The notes under the pieces are model-generated. The model saw only the letters and a program-made list of their open reading frames with translations, searched no databases and was not told the origin of the DNA. Both the position numbers and the translations under genes were made by a program. 64,000 nt of DNA from Kondoa subrosea. Lineage: Eukaryota. The stretch covers positions 434,001 to 498,000 of the forward strand of contig BCIN01000005.1 of the NCBI GenBank assembly GCA_039545335.1, in the 5' to 3' direction. Below, one piece after another: positions 1 through 12,866 of this stretch (the first letter of the stretch is position 1; the number at the start of each line of letters is the position of its first letter).

Positions 1-951
1 CTCTTCACCTTCTCTCGATAATCTTCCTCAAATCCATTCCGAAATCTCAATCATGAAGAAAGCAGGAAAGCATGCCAACATTGTTCCATTGCTTGGAGAG
101 CAAGTGTTGGCCGATGGAAGCGTACACATTGCTTTGGAAATGGTGCGAACAGACTTGTGGAATGTATTGGACAAGGGAAGGAAGATCTCTTATGAAGGTC
201 GGGCACATGTGACTGCCAAAGTAAGTTTGCAGGCGCCCTTGTTCTTGATTTGAGCTCATTGAGTTGGCTCCAGATCGTGAATGGTTTGAAGCATCTTCAC
301 GACCGTGGCATCGTGCATCAAGACTTGAAGCCTGACAACATCCTTGTGGCTGCAAATGGCGAAATCAAGATAGGTAAGCTGATCAACTTTCCCCTTCATC
401 GTCTCAAGCTGATATAACTTCAATAGCTGATTTCGGTCTAGCAACCATTCTTGCACCTGGCGAGACCACTTATGGCTATGTCGGCACGCTTGGATTTATG
501 GCACCGGAAGTGATTGGCAACGTGCGACATCACGGTTTCGCTAATGATGTCTTTGGTCTTGGTGGTACGTTTCTTTCTTTTGCAATTGGTTAACTTCAGC
601 TTATTTTCCAAATCACAGTCATCCTGTATGCTTTATCCACCAATCAAGATCCTTGGGCCAGAGAGCTTTCGCGGAATGCCAAGGAGGACCAGATCAACGA
701 ATTCATGAAATCTTCTTGGAAGATCCATTTGGCTGAGGCCGACGACACCGATGAAGAGCTAAATTGGTTCTTGAGTCGAAATCTCTTTGAGAGCCCAAAG
801 TATAGAGCTACTGTTGCAGAGTTGCAAGTGAGTTTCTTTGTCCTTATTTTAGCAAATCAAGACTGACATGACTGTTCAGCAATTTGAATTTCTCGAATAT
901 GCTTGCGATCAAGCGGAATGGGCAAAGATGGCTGGATTGATAGAAGCGTAG
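1..951 (+). CDS. Ser/Thr protein kinase, non-RD (HQD), copy A; 5' end outside the window; 4 introns visible
   Basis: Spliced translation gives [15 protein letters not shown]...[14 protein letters not shown]...ADFGLA...[14 protein letters not shown]...NDVFGLGVILY; stop TAG at 949-951. Confidence 0.9.
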
Positions 952-1049
952 TATGTATTCGATAGGTAGTACTGTTTAGGGTTGTTGATAATATGTTGAC
1001 ATTGTTTATAGCTTGCGAAGTAATTTATTGTTCTGATTTACCCGAGCCT

Positions 1050-2295
1050 TCAATTTGTACATTCTTCAACTCCTCTGACTCTTCCAATCGCAAACTCTCT
1101 GATGTCTTTGTCTAGCCTTGCGTAGTGATCTAATTTCGCTAGCTTCTTCGGGTCAATATCGATAGCTTTCACTTGCGGTCCTTCTTGAGTGATACGAAGC
1201 ATAATTGAACAATCCTTGAACGAAGCTGATAGAAGGTAGCAGAGGCATTTCTCACGAATACTCAAATTGTTGAAAGAGAACGAAGGTGAAAGAAAACGAT
1301 TTGCCAAAGACGAGAATTCAGCTAGCGATTCCAATTTCTGGAGATCAGAAATGTTGAAGAGTGATTCTGAATTGATATCCAATGCATGCGGAGCCAGTAG
1401 CGATGAAAGACCTTCGATGTCCGATGGATCGAAAGATGCTTGTAGATGCTTGAGTCGAGGTAGTAGAGGCGAGGAAAGAAGAGAAGATGCGATAGTTTCT
1501 ACAAGAGATGTTTCTGCACAGATTGCAGCCGATATATCGGCAAGTTGTGATGCGAAGGTTGACTGGATGACTATAAATAAGGTCAAACTTCACGTAGAAG
1601 CTACTCACATCGTCTGGCTTGATCTGTATGCCATCAATGAAGAGCCTGAACTGGTTCCCTTTCGCGTTCGTAGCTCGCCAATGATTCATCAATGCTTGAA
1701 CAGCTTTCTTGATTCGAGCTGAATCGCCCGAGTAGAGGTCTAAGGGACAATATCTTTCCTCAGAGGGTGATTCAGCCAATCCATCGGTCTTAAACATCTG
1801 GTGCATGCAGAAACGACAATACTTTCGCTTGACCATTTCCGTTTGAGCTGATAGTTTCGCATGCCCTGAAGGCATAAAGCCCCACTTTGGCTTAATTTCG
1901 ACAGTTAAGACTCTTTCTCCGGCTCTAGTAGGGCTGACCAAATCTTCCGCCAGTACGACAGAGGTTCTGGTCGGATCAATCTCATCTACTTCTTTCCTCT
2001 TCAGACTTCTCATCGGCTGCACTCGTTCATGCAATCGCTTAAGGAAAGATTCGTCTACTGAAGCGTTGTGAAGCTTTGCAGCCAAGTCAGGCATAAGAAC
2101 ATTGACTACTTCTGAATGGAAAGCGACAGCTGGGTCCTCTCCGTCTGTTTCGCCTTGAGATCCAACAAGACGTTTACGGACACGTAGTGCAAGCGGTGAG
2201 AAGGTAGGATCGCGGCCTGAGTAAGAAAAGACTAGATTCGCTCCGCCCTCTGCAATGAGCTGCCAATCTTCGGGCAACGTAGACAAGAGATCCAT
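1050..2295 (-). CDS. IPK1: Inositol-pentakisphosphate 2-kinase, copy A (1 intron, ~1567-1608)
   Basis: IP5 2-kinase motifs AEGGANLV, LRVRK, EIKPKWGF, CRFCMHQ, YCPLDLYS, NQFRLF, YLLSASFKDCS, IDIDPK; ATG at 2293-2295. Confidence 0.92.
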
Positions 2296-2638
2296 ATTTG
2301 ATGAGGGTGTATCAATGCTCTGGTATACTTGCTGCACGGTATAGAGCCTTCGTATGTGGCTGCCTAATGGCTGCCTGAGACTAAGGGTTGAGCTAGATTT
2401 CGAGTGCGGCTTGACGAGCAACGCAACTTCAAGGACGCATCTATTGAAGTCAGCCAACAACAATTCCAGGATTTCCTTGTCGCAAGTGGTTGTGGCAGAA
2501 GGTCATAGTATTATTGGGAAGCTCTCGCCCAAACTCGATACAACTCGAGGCTTTGCAGCTGTCCGAAATTTAAACTGAAGCTCCTGTCGCTCTTCTCTAC
2601 CTCTGCCATCCACCTCTGTCTTTCTCTCAACAATACTT

Positions 2639-4196
2639 ATGCTGCAGTTGCCTGATGAATTGATCCACTTGGTCATCGCAGAGGCAGACACATGGGCATC
2701 TTTTCCCTTCCAAGAGAGCGAGACTCGTGCAACTTTGCTAGCTCTGTCTCTTGTAAACAGTACGTCTAATGCCTGTACTTCAAAAGGAATTCTGTCCTAA
2801 AATTGCCTGGGCAGAAAGGATCAGAAGTATTGCATTACCGGTCCTTTGGAGAAAGATTCCAGGAAAAGTACTGAATGACACTTCTATTGGCGATATCGTT
2901 GAGCTGCGAACGGATTTGGGCGAATTTGTTCAAGAAGTATATTGGACCATCAATTTGACGGTATTGAAGTTTCACGCTGCAATCGAGGCCGAAAGAGAAG
3001 AAGGTGAGACGGTCGAAGATGTGCATGCGCGATATCGGCAAGACGCAAGAGATGATCTAGCTACCGCTCTTCGAAATCTCTCCATGTTCCCAAATATAGT
3101 CAAACTGCACCTCTTACTGGTCCTCTATGCCGTAAAGCATGAGGGGCAAAATATTGGCGGAGATGAAGATGCACGTCTTCCAGATCACTTTCCAACCCCA
3201 GAAATGCATCAGATCCGAGGTCTGCCATTTCTCAAGTCTCTCCGAACCTTGTCTGTCTATAATGGCCTGGGCAAACCGACAATTCTTCCATCGTTTGTGA
3301 CCGTATTCATGCGCGACTGCAATCTATACGAGTTGGACATCGGCGACTATCTCTTTACCAATGATCCAGGCAACAATAATGCCGCAGACCAGCTCAAAAA
3401 GCTGAGTTGGCGTCCTCGAGATGATTTAGAGGAAGATGCGGAGTACGAAGTATCCCATTATGGGTCTACTCTCGTTCGACTATTGTCCCCTTTCTGTGCA
3501 TCATTGGAAGTGGTCGAAATTGATGTTTTGATTGACGCTGAAGCACTACCACATCTCGAATCTATGAACATCCCACGTATCAGAACAGTCAAACTTGGGA
3601 GTATCAATTACCGGAACGGACCAATCAACATACAAGGTTGGCTCAGCTTCTTCAAACCATTTGTGCCATGTCAAGAGCTCTACCTGGTCTTCGAGCGCTT
3701 TGATTCAGACTTTATGGGAAAGATGGCCTTGTACCTGGCTCAAAGTCAATTGGAACAGCTACAGAAGCTGACACTCGCCTATGTTCAAAAATTATCCAGC
3801 GATGCCGCAGAAGGTCAAGATCTACCCTATTACATTCGCCCCTTTGTCCAAAGCCAGGCATTCCCGTCGCTAAGAACTGTGTCTGTGAAGGTTGACTATA
3901 CCGATAACATCCTTTTCAACGATGATGGCGAATTTGTCGACAGCCAAGATCAGTTAATCACTGCCGAACAAGCTAGAACAGGGATTATCATGGAATGGCA
4001 AGAGATATCGCAGCAACTCACGTCTTCCGTCTTCTCTATCACGAATACTTCGAACGACGTACGCGATGTCTTTTCTTCGCTTGAAGTATCTTCGAATCAT
4101 GTACACATCAAATTGGCTGGACTTTGGACACATCTTCCTATCAGCATACAACAGATGGTAGATGAGGGCAGCCTGGTGATATCGGAGCTAACGTAA
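2639..4196 (+). CDS. F-box-like protein with degenerate LRR/RNI-like C-terminus (intron 2760-2814)
   Basis: Exon 1 MLQLPDELIHLVI...TLLALSLVN splices in frame to KRIRSIALPVLW; LxxLxL repeats follow in the 475-aa ORF. Confidence 0.75.
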
Positions 4197-4444
4197 TGCC
4201 TAAGGGATAGCCATATTCAGCCATATTCAAGTTTACCCTGTTGGGTCCATTGCAGATAGAATGTAACGTTTGTTGGTAGAAAGACAAACAAGCCAGACCG
4301 AGTCAATTCTCATCGTCAGGTCAGTCACAATTACTCTGCAACCCAACGAGTCTGGATGTAGTTATGTAGCCAAAATGGCCAATGTGCAGGGAATGATAGA
4401 ACATAACAATGCAAGACCAATGGTTCACTACAAACCTGACATAT

Positions 4445-5397
4445 TTATCTGACGTAGCGCGACAAGAATTTCTCTGCGTGGGGGCGTCAGAACGAGCATC
4501 GGGCAAGCTGTAACACATACTGTGAAATTCTGTTCTGAGCAAATCGTTGACGAATTCCTTCTTGGGTTTCTCTGTCGTAGCTTGATTCTTGAAGATGACA
4601 TCGTCATCCCAACGCCTCTTGACCGAAAAGCCACTGCTGGAAGAGGGAGCTGGCGTAGAATTTCCATTCAAGGCAGCTTGGAGATCTAAAAGAGGATTGC
4701 CGACTGCAATAGAAGCATCTCGATCCGTTGCATCTGCTGAGGCTTGTTCGCGTTCCTATGACTCTCGTTAGCGTGAAAGAGATTGGAAAGCTGCAAGACT
4801 AACGAGTCGTTCTTTCTCTTCAGCCCTTTCCCTCTTGATCTTTTCTAGCTCTCTTAGCAGTTCAGCAGTCTCATCTTCTTCATCATCGCTGTCTTCTTCT
4901 TCATCATCTTCGTCCTGATCTTCACCCGCAACCTTTTCAGCTTTATCCTTTGATCGGCCTTCATTCTCCTCGTCACTGTCATCCTTGTCCAGCAGCGCAG
5001 CCTGAGCGATTACTTTCCTTCGTTCCTCTTCAGCAGATTCTGTTGCGCCATTTTCAATCCTTTTCGCTTCCGACACATCTGAACTAGGATCCACTTTCTG
5101 TCTCTTTTCCGCTCGCTCCAATTCCAATCGTAAGTCTTTCCTTTCAATCTCTGAAACAGTGCCTTGACCAGCTTGACGGAACTTGAGTTTGGTGTGCGAG
5201 GCCATATCTCGAGATCTGATCGGACAATTAGCGCGGTTGACAGGCCAGGGGTATAGCAAGGACGCACGAGTATTGACGTGAGTTGCCCCGAGACTGCTTC
5301 CCTTGAGCTGGAGTCCATGTTGGTCGATGCTACAATTCGCGAAATCAGACTCAGTAAAAAGGCAGAAACCTGAGACACTGCGTACTGCCGTAGACAT
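4445..5397 (-). CDS. CWC15: Pre-mRNA splicing factor Cwc15/Cwf15
   Basis: MSTAHRPTW, SHTKLKFRQ, EDETAELLRELEKIKRERAEE, VKRRWDDDVIFKNQA, FVNDLLRTEFHKKFLSRYVR*. Confidence 0.95.
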
Positions 5398-5710
5398 GTT
5401 GTGCTATAGAAGGTAGTATGCGTATGAGGTCGAGGGGTATCTGGGCAAACTCAAATCACCGCTCAAGAACAAAACCCATCTTCGACAGATCCCAGCATTT
5501 CTTATGTGGCTTATATCTAATCTATCTGTTCAACCTGAATGGATCCATGGGAGGCAAACGAGGCTTGGAAGCTGTAAGGTCACACTGAATCAGCTACCGA
5601 GCCTACTCTTCAAGTCGGAGGGAAAACAAGAAGAAGAACGGAAGAAAAGCAGCAGCTCTAGGACTCTCTTTCGCATTTCATCTTTCACTCTTTCGTTCGA
5701 ATTCCGCCTC

Positions 5711-8346
5711 TTATCGCCTTAATCGCTCACCATGTTGTGCTCCGTTTCCATAAACCATTTGTTGCTGTCCCATTGCTTGTTGACTTGCACTTCCATTACT
5801 TCCATTTGTTCCTTGTGCATCATAATAGCTTGGCATTCCATACTGTTGCTGCTGCTGCGAAAAGTCTGGTTGATGCTGAGAATATGGATTAGGCGTATAT
5901 CGAGAACTCATGTTCAGAATAGCTGGATCTCGTAGAGCAGGGCTATCGAATCCTGTTTAACAAAAAGATCAATTGATCAGCTTCATACAGCGATGAGGTG
6001 ACTTTTTGACAAACCTGATGACACGCCTGAGCGGTACTGGAACGCATCTTGAGCGCCAAACGATTTCTCTTCCCCATAATTCCGTTGCAGCGGCGGTAAT
6101 GGATAAGCCGAAGTAACCAAAGCTGATCTTAAGGGAAGAGGTTGTTGAGCTGAGCTGAAACCAGGTGGAACGGAAGTATGCAAAGGAGGTAAAGCTGGAG
6201 GTAAAGGTTGAGTGGCGGCTGAATTGAGCGGTAAAGCTGAGGCATTAAATTGACCATTGCGGAAGAAATGATCCGACATGGAATCTGAACCAAAACCAGG
6301 TGAAAAGGCAGGTGAGCTTGAGCTTGTTGCCCATAATGCCGGTGAAGCAAGAGCTACATTCGGTTTCAGACCAGGTGGGGGAGAAAGAGCAAGGGAACCA
6401 CGTTTAGGCGAATTGGTCTGAGAAGAAGATCGACTGTCGAAGAAGGAGCTAGGCGAAACAGATCGAACATTATGGAGCGCTTGAGGAAGTCCATTCGAAC
6501 TGCCCGTTCTTGCAGGGAGACCCATATTGCTAAGTTCAGCAGCTGAGGCCAAATTCGGCAAAGAATCTGAGCTGCCAAACAAGCCTTTCCGAGCGAAATC
6601 GAAACGCGATGATTTTGGCCTTGATGGTTTATCGTCTTTCGCAATCTCATCTGGCGTTTCTGCAAATGGATCAAAACCTCCCTTGTATCCTTTACCTTGT
6701 TCTTCTTCGGGAAAGAGGGACATATCGCTTCGAAGATGTGGACTGCTTATTGAAGTCATACTTTCAATAGCTGGATTAGATTGAGCGAAATCATTGATGC
6801 CTAGAGGTTGACTATTGGATGTAGTGGAATCCAACTTCGGACTATTGCCAATATCCATTGCGAAGGAAAAGGTGAAAGAACCACTGCCGAACGATTCCAA
6901 TGGATTGTCTTCGATATCGTAAGGTGTGTCGGCAATAGGTGGAGAAGATGTAGAAGGAATAAGAGCTGAGTCGCGAGCTGGAGGCACTTCTTCCAGAGGA
7001 GTCGATGGTTCTGACTCGTTGGAGACCACACCGTTGGGCAAAGCAGAAACAGTAGGCGAAGGAGCGCGAGGTTGTTCTTCGGGCTGTTTGCCTCTAGCTC
7101 GCTGACTCTGGCTCTGTCTACCTCTATTGCTGATCTGAATAGAAGGGCCTTGGGGAATATTCTCGTTAGTGGAGGGTCGAGCTGGAAGAGGATGATTAGT
7201 TGCTTTAGGTAGTCTCTGAGAGATAGATGCTCTAGATCCATGTGTAGGACCGATTGGAACAGGTTGAACTTGAATCGGAGGTTTGTTCGCCCAGGAAGCG
7301 GAAGAAGGTAAAGGTGGACCAGAACGAGATTGCTGCTCTTTCGTTTCCTGTTCTTTCAGAGCGTGTTTGATAGTCGACAACTCTTCTCTTGTGACACCTC
7401 CTGGCGCTCCATTGATGGGATCCACTCTTTCGCCAGGTTCGTGCGCCATCATGCAATTCTCATTGGCACACCTTTGGCCTCTCAAGTACGATGGACAATA
7501 CTTGGTCGTGCCCCAACCAGCTCTCAATCTTGCTCCCTCTTGAGACAAAGTGCCATCAACAGCAGCAATACAGGCTGAAGCTTCTCTAGCTGAAGAATAA
7601 TTGATGTAGACATGAACTGGCTGATTCATAGGGTTGATAGGTGCGTTATCTGGCATGACTGTTCGCTTTGCCAAAAAGAGCTTGAGAATCCTGCCATATT
7701 GACCGTATTGATCATAACCTTTCATAGCTGGCAAAGTATCTTCATTCGCATAGCGACTCGTCATGCCTTGAATATGAACTTGAGATCTTTGCTTGACTCT
7801 GACTGTGTTGAGATCGCCTCGCATGGGATCTGTATTTGGTTCTCTCTTCTTTTGACGTTCTCGTTGCTTCTTGGCTAATTGCAATCGCTTGACTCTGCTC
7901 AAGGCCATGAATACTTGCAGAGTAGCGCATACATACGACACTCACTCCTCTGGTGTAACAGCAACGAATTTAACTTGATCGTCCGTATACTCCTTTCGAC
8001 AAGCCGGACAGCGGCCATTCAAGTTCTCCTTGATATGATGCCAACAGAATCGACAGATCTATTCATTCCCAATGGATCAACACCTTTACCCAGCCTGCAA
8101 CATCCTGTAAGCCTACCTGATAACCGCAAGGGCAAGGCTTGAAATGCATGTCGGACACGTCCATTTCTTCTAGGCATAGCGGGCAATCATTGTCCTCCTA
8201 TTATATCAGAGCATGCTTGAGCTAATGATCCGAGACCGAGCAGTAACAGCTTCACTAACCTCTTCGTCTTCTAACAAGCTAAGACTACTAAAAGCTGAAG
8301 TCGAGGGTTGAGACCAGCTTGAGCCATTTGCGATGTTTGCTCTCAT
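5711..8346 (-). CDS. NOT4: CCR4-NOT E3 ligase subunit Not4/Mot2 (C4C4 RING + RRM + C3H)
   Basis: CPLCLEEMDVSDMHFKPCPCGYQ/VCRFCWHHIKENLNGRCPACR; RRM followed by GTTKYC..YLRGQRC.NENCMMAHEPG; the last exon (5711..) is less certain. Confidence 0.93.
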
Positions 8347-8618
8347 TGCAGAATGTTACAACCGAGCCAGAGAAGCAGGCGGAACAGTCCAGTTGATCCA
8401 GAGAAGCGCTCAAAAGTGGCAAGACAATCTTGAATAGCAGGAATTTGACTATGTTGAAGCAATTCTCGCTTAATATGGCCTTCTTGACACGTCTATAGGG
8501 ACCACAGACAGCTAGCTAGGTCACTCGAGCTGAATATCGGCCTCAAGGTTGGTCAGAGTCGTTGATCCGAAGTGAGCAAGCTTCTTTCATCAACAGCCGC
8601 AAGTCAAGCACCTCTACA

Positions 8619-9358
8619 ATGGCAGGTGCAGGTTTGAGAAGTACTTGCTGTTCCCTTTTACTCTGTCTGTTTCTTTATTCATGCGAATGTCTGTGTTTCG
8701 AATAGCAATGCACGTCCTTCTCATGTCCCTCTTGTTTCTGTTTGTCTAAAGCTTGCTACATAGTATCCTACTCTCCTTCGTGCTCGCCTTGGGCTTCCTT
8801 CTCGTCATCTTGTCATGCGCACTCTTCAACAATTGGCTGCCGATACTGGTCGGTGAGCTGATTCAATCCTCTCGTCTGCAGAAGAAACTGGCTGATGGGT
8901 TCATAGCTCTCACATTCGTTATCGCTCCTCTACCGAATGCGGTCTGCAGGTCATGCGCGGGAGCTGACGATTTCTCAGCCGACTTCAGCAGGTCAGTCGA
9001 AGTCTTGCCTTGTGATGTGCGATCGCTCATCAAGGTTTCGATTCTGACAGTGGTCCTGTCGACTTTGGGAACTTCGTAACGGTCAGTATTTGCATGAGAG
9101 CGAGACAGCCCTAAGCTGACAAGCATACACACAAGGCGATAACGGTCGTATCTGGCTTCGCATTGCCTTTTGTACTTGGTCAAGCAGAAGTGATAACGAA
9201 AGCTGCATGCTGGATGAGTATGAGCGGAGGTGTTTTGGTATATGGAACGAGTTCGTCAGATCCATACTTTTGCCAGATCCTTGGCTTAAAGTTATCGATC
9301 TGTCCGAGCAGTCATTGTCTTCACGCATTACTTCTCGGCGCAGGAAGCAGAGTTCTGA
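8619..9358 (+). CDS. VPS55: Vacuolar protein sorting 55 (includes a predicted 4-nt micro-exon at 8706-8709)
   Basis: MAGAGLRTIILLSFVLALGFLLVILSCALFNNWLP...APLPNAVC...GPVDFGNF...SGFALPFVL...MSMSGGVLVYGT. Confidence 0.92.
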
Positions 9359-9383
9359 TCAGCATGTATGTAATAATGGATTC

Positions 9384-10149
9384 TCAAGAGACAGTACAGC
9401 AACAACCGCTTTCCCTTGGCTCTCGATCTTCATCTCCTGCTCTTCTACTTCTCCTTCTCGGTCTCTCATCATCGTCATCTTCCATCTGTTCCTTCTGTTG
9501 AGCCTCGTAATGTGGCCAGAACTTGCCTACAGCTGTTTACAAAGTGATCAGAAGCGGTCTTTCTCGAGCTCGGCAAAAGCTCACCTTCGTTCATGGTCAC
9601 GATACAGATATCCCTGACCCATCTACAAGCGCTTCTCATAGCTTGCGGATCCCCAGGCTGTTTACTCAACCTTTCATCCGGGTTAAAGATCGAATCGTTC
9701 ATTAACCAATTCAAATGCTTGATCAATTCCGGTGCTGGTTGACCTCGTTGTCTGAGAAATTCCGCGTGCATTCGAATACAAGTAACGATCGCTTCTACGT
9801 TACCTCGTTTATGAATCAAACGAGCAGCGTAAACTGCTGAAATTTGACTGTCGAGAAAAGCAACGGATTGGTTATGCATCTTTTCTTCGCTGCTTAGTTT
9901 CTTTGGTTCTTGTGTTGCTTGGGCTTGAGCTGCTGCATTCAATGCCTGAGTATAAGAAGGTAAAATTGTCGATTGACCGTCTGAATCGCGAGAAGTTTGT
10001 TGTCTCTTCAGTGGGGGACGAGTCATCATTTGGCCTGCCTGACTTCGAGTAGGTTGAGATTGGGAAGGAGGAACAGACATGCTTGCTTGTCTAGGATAAG
10101 CATTCGAAAACGGGGGCAATGAAGGCGCTCCAGGCGCTTGAACGCTCAT
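9384..10149 (-). CDS. Uncharacterised CaaX-terminated protein, paralog 1 (intron 9533-9584)
   Basis: The 224-aa ORF spliced at GTGAGC...TAAACAG ends ...EDDDDERPRRRSRRAGDEDREPRESGCCCTVS*; homologous to the neighbouring gene. Confidence 0.8.
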
Positions 10150-10369
10150 GCGCTAACTTCAGGTTCAATGAAAGAAGAGACCAGCTCCGTATCTAGCTCA
10201 GAAACACGGTAAGGCAAGAGAGGATTGGCAAAGTCATTCATAACGGAACAGCCTTGCACATCGCCTCGTTTTAGCGAAAAAGAGGAGCGCTCAGAGTTCT
10301 CATGGACATTTGTATGACAGTGTAGCGGTGTATATGACTTAAGAATTGCACGGAGGAAAAGAAACAAAG

Positions 10370-11341
10370 CTATGAGATAACGCATCCGCCTCCAGGCGGA
10401 GGTCGCTCATCTCTATCTCTTCTGCCTCGACCTCGATTACCTCTACCTCTGCGTCCAGCTCCTCCGCGTCTTCTTGACGGCCGACCCTCTTCATCCTCAT
10501 CTTCACCATCCCGTGACTTGTTTGGATTATAGGTGGGGAAGTAAATATCAATAGCTTCTGCCTGGAAACTGCGTGTCATGCTCTGAACTCCTGGCAAATA
10601 AGGTGAAAGGGATGAGAACATACATGATGACTAAAGCTCTGACCCATTTGATAGCACTGTCAAGAGCCCAATAGTCGCCTCCTTGTTCTTCGTACCGGGC
10701 TTCGATATAGAAAGCTTCTTCATCTAGAAGCGATGCGATATGTTCAATAATTTCATCTGAGTAATCAGAATCAGCTACTATTGATGTCGATGATCGAAAG
10801 AAGGCTTACCTGCTACTTTGCCCTTGCCTTGAGCAATTAGAAAAGCTTAGCACAGTTGCGAGACTCTTTCGGTAGAGGACTCACGTCTCAAACCTTCAGC
10901 ATGTCGATGAATGGCAGCAGCGATAATCGTAAGATTACTCCAACCATGAACCAGCCTAGACTGGTAGACAGCAGTGATCTGCTCATTCAACACTTTGAGC
11001 GTCTGGCAGTACATTCTCTCTTCGTCTGTTTTGCCTTCTCCTCCCGAAGCAGCGCCAAAACTGCTATTGCCAAAACTATTCGAAGCAGTACCAAAAGACC
11101 CAGATGCCACACTAGATGTACTCTGAGCTCGCTGATAGATCGGAGGAGGAGCTTGCGGCATTGGGTATTGACCTCCTTGAGGCGGTGCATAAGTAGCGAT
11201 TGGAGCTGGATAAGGAACAGCTTGAGGGTATGCAGGTTGAGGAGCATAGGCTACTGGATGAGCAGCAGGAGGAGCGGCATAGGGATGATACGCTGGTTGA
11301 GGCGGCGCATATTGAGGTTGTTGAGGATAGTAATAGCTCAT
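10370..11341 (-). CDS. Uncharacterised CaaX-terminated protein, paralog 2 (introns 10828-10884, 10757-10809, 10569-10623)
   Basis: P/Q/Y-rich N-terminus; core aligns with paralog 1 across three canonical introns; ends ...RRGRGNRGRGRRDRDERPPPGGGCVIS*. Confidence 0.8.
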
Positions 11342-11797
11342 TCACGGTAATGTCATATAGAAAGAAAAGAAGGGGGCCTGCCCTGAAGAATTTATAGAGA
11401 CCAGCTCTCAGTATAAACAGGCAGACGGTAGTGAGAGAGCAAGATGAGACGCGAATCAAGCATAGCTTCCTCGGCGAAGACATCATAGCCTCGTTCCGAT
11501 TTCATCGATGGAGAAAAGTGAGAGACAGAAGATATGATGCGAGGGAGTACAGAGCGAAGCCAGCGAGCAGAGCATAGCATAGTATTACAAGGTAGATTGA
11601 CAGAGTCTCGCTCGATTCAGACTCGGACGAAATCTGAGTTTTCAATCAAAGAGAAGCCACATGATAAGACCAGAACGGTATCTGCTGCAGCCATAAGCTG
11701 TCAAAGCTGTACGACCCACTTTTGCTCGCGCTCTGTGAACAAGCTCAAAATTTCGCATCTGCTCTTCTTTCCAAGCCAACACTTCTACTATCTCAAT

Positions 11798-12866
11798 ATG
11801 TCTGCCAAACAAGAGCAATCCTAGTGTGTATTCCTTAAGCAATGCTCTCTTGAATTCGCACGCTGACTGCTTGGGTGCAGCATCATGATCAAGTGCGTTT
11901 AGCATAAATGTTGCTCGAGCTTTGCGCTGACTCTTGGAAAGGCCTGACGGTGTTCAGCGCGGTACGTCTACTTTTCTTGCATCTTGCTATCCAGCTCACA
12001 AAAGAGTGCAGGCCTTGTCGGCGAAATCATCTCTCGCTTCGAAAAGCGTGGCTTCAAGCTCGTAGCTCTCAAGATGGTCACCGCTACTAAGGAGCACCTC
12101 GAAGAACACTACAGCGATCTTAAGGAAAAGGCTTTCTTCCCTGGCTTGGTCAAGTACATGGCTTCAGGTGCATTTGATTCGAAAGTCTTCAGTTGGAAAT
12201 GCCAACTTACAGCTGCGTTTTGAATTGCACAGGTCCTGTTGTAGCAATGGTTTGGGAAGGTAAGCTAACTTTCGTGAAGGCAAGGAGTCTTTGCTAAACG
12301 CTTTCTGGTGTCAGGCAAAGATGTAGTGAAGGTGAGCTCATTATAATTTCTGAAATCACCTCGTCTGACTTTGTCATACAGACCGGCCGTGTCATGCTTG
12401 GTTCGTTAATCTTATAGCGCCCAGGGAAACTTCATTGAGTTTGGCCCGCAGGCGCTACCAACCCTTTGGCGTCTGCTCCTGGCACTATTCGAGGAGATTA
12501 CGCTATCGATGGTTAGTGTCTCGATCTATACGCGGATAAAACTTGTATGCTAATCGTCGATTTTTAGTCGGACGCAACATCTGCGTAGGTTTTGTATTCC
12601 TGCTAAATTTCGAGGTGCTTAAGTCCAGGTTTTACATTCTAGCACGGATCAGATGCTGTCGAATCGTTCGTTTCCCATTATCAAAGATGCCAAATCCTTA
12701 CTGAACTATGGTTCTCACAAACAGCGCCCAAAAGGAAATCGCACTATGGTTCAAAGAAGGTAAGCAGAGCTCAATTACAGAGACACAGTGGAACAAACTT
12801 AAAAATGCATACATTATAGGTCTCAACCAATACAACCAGACTACCTCAACCTGGATCTACGAATAG
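11798..12866 (+). CDS. NDK1: Nucleoside diphosphate kinase (11 introns)
   Basis: [31 protein letters not shown]...[11 protein letters not shown]...[30 protein letters not shown]...WIYE*. Confidence 0.97.

Larger units (their letters stand above)
1..2390. repeat. Arm A of an inverted segmental duplication (partner 51858..54232); probably continues beyond the window start
   Basis: Base 1 onward is the reverse complement of 54232 downward; similarity ends near 2390/51858. Confidence 0.95.

Noticed and set aside
9475..10149. Intronless retrocopy interpretation of CaaX paralog 1
   Set aside because: It contains a canonical intron (9533-9584) that is needed to reach the CaaX exon
9384..11341. Possible mating pheromone precursors (CaaX) or a mating-type locus together with the 7TM gene
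   Set aside because: The proteins are >230 aa with a globular core and no pheromone repeats; no Ste3 or homeodomain motifs were seen
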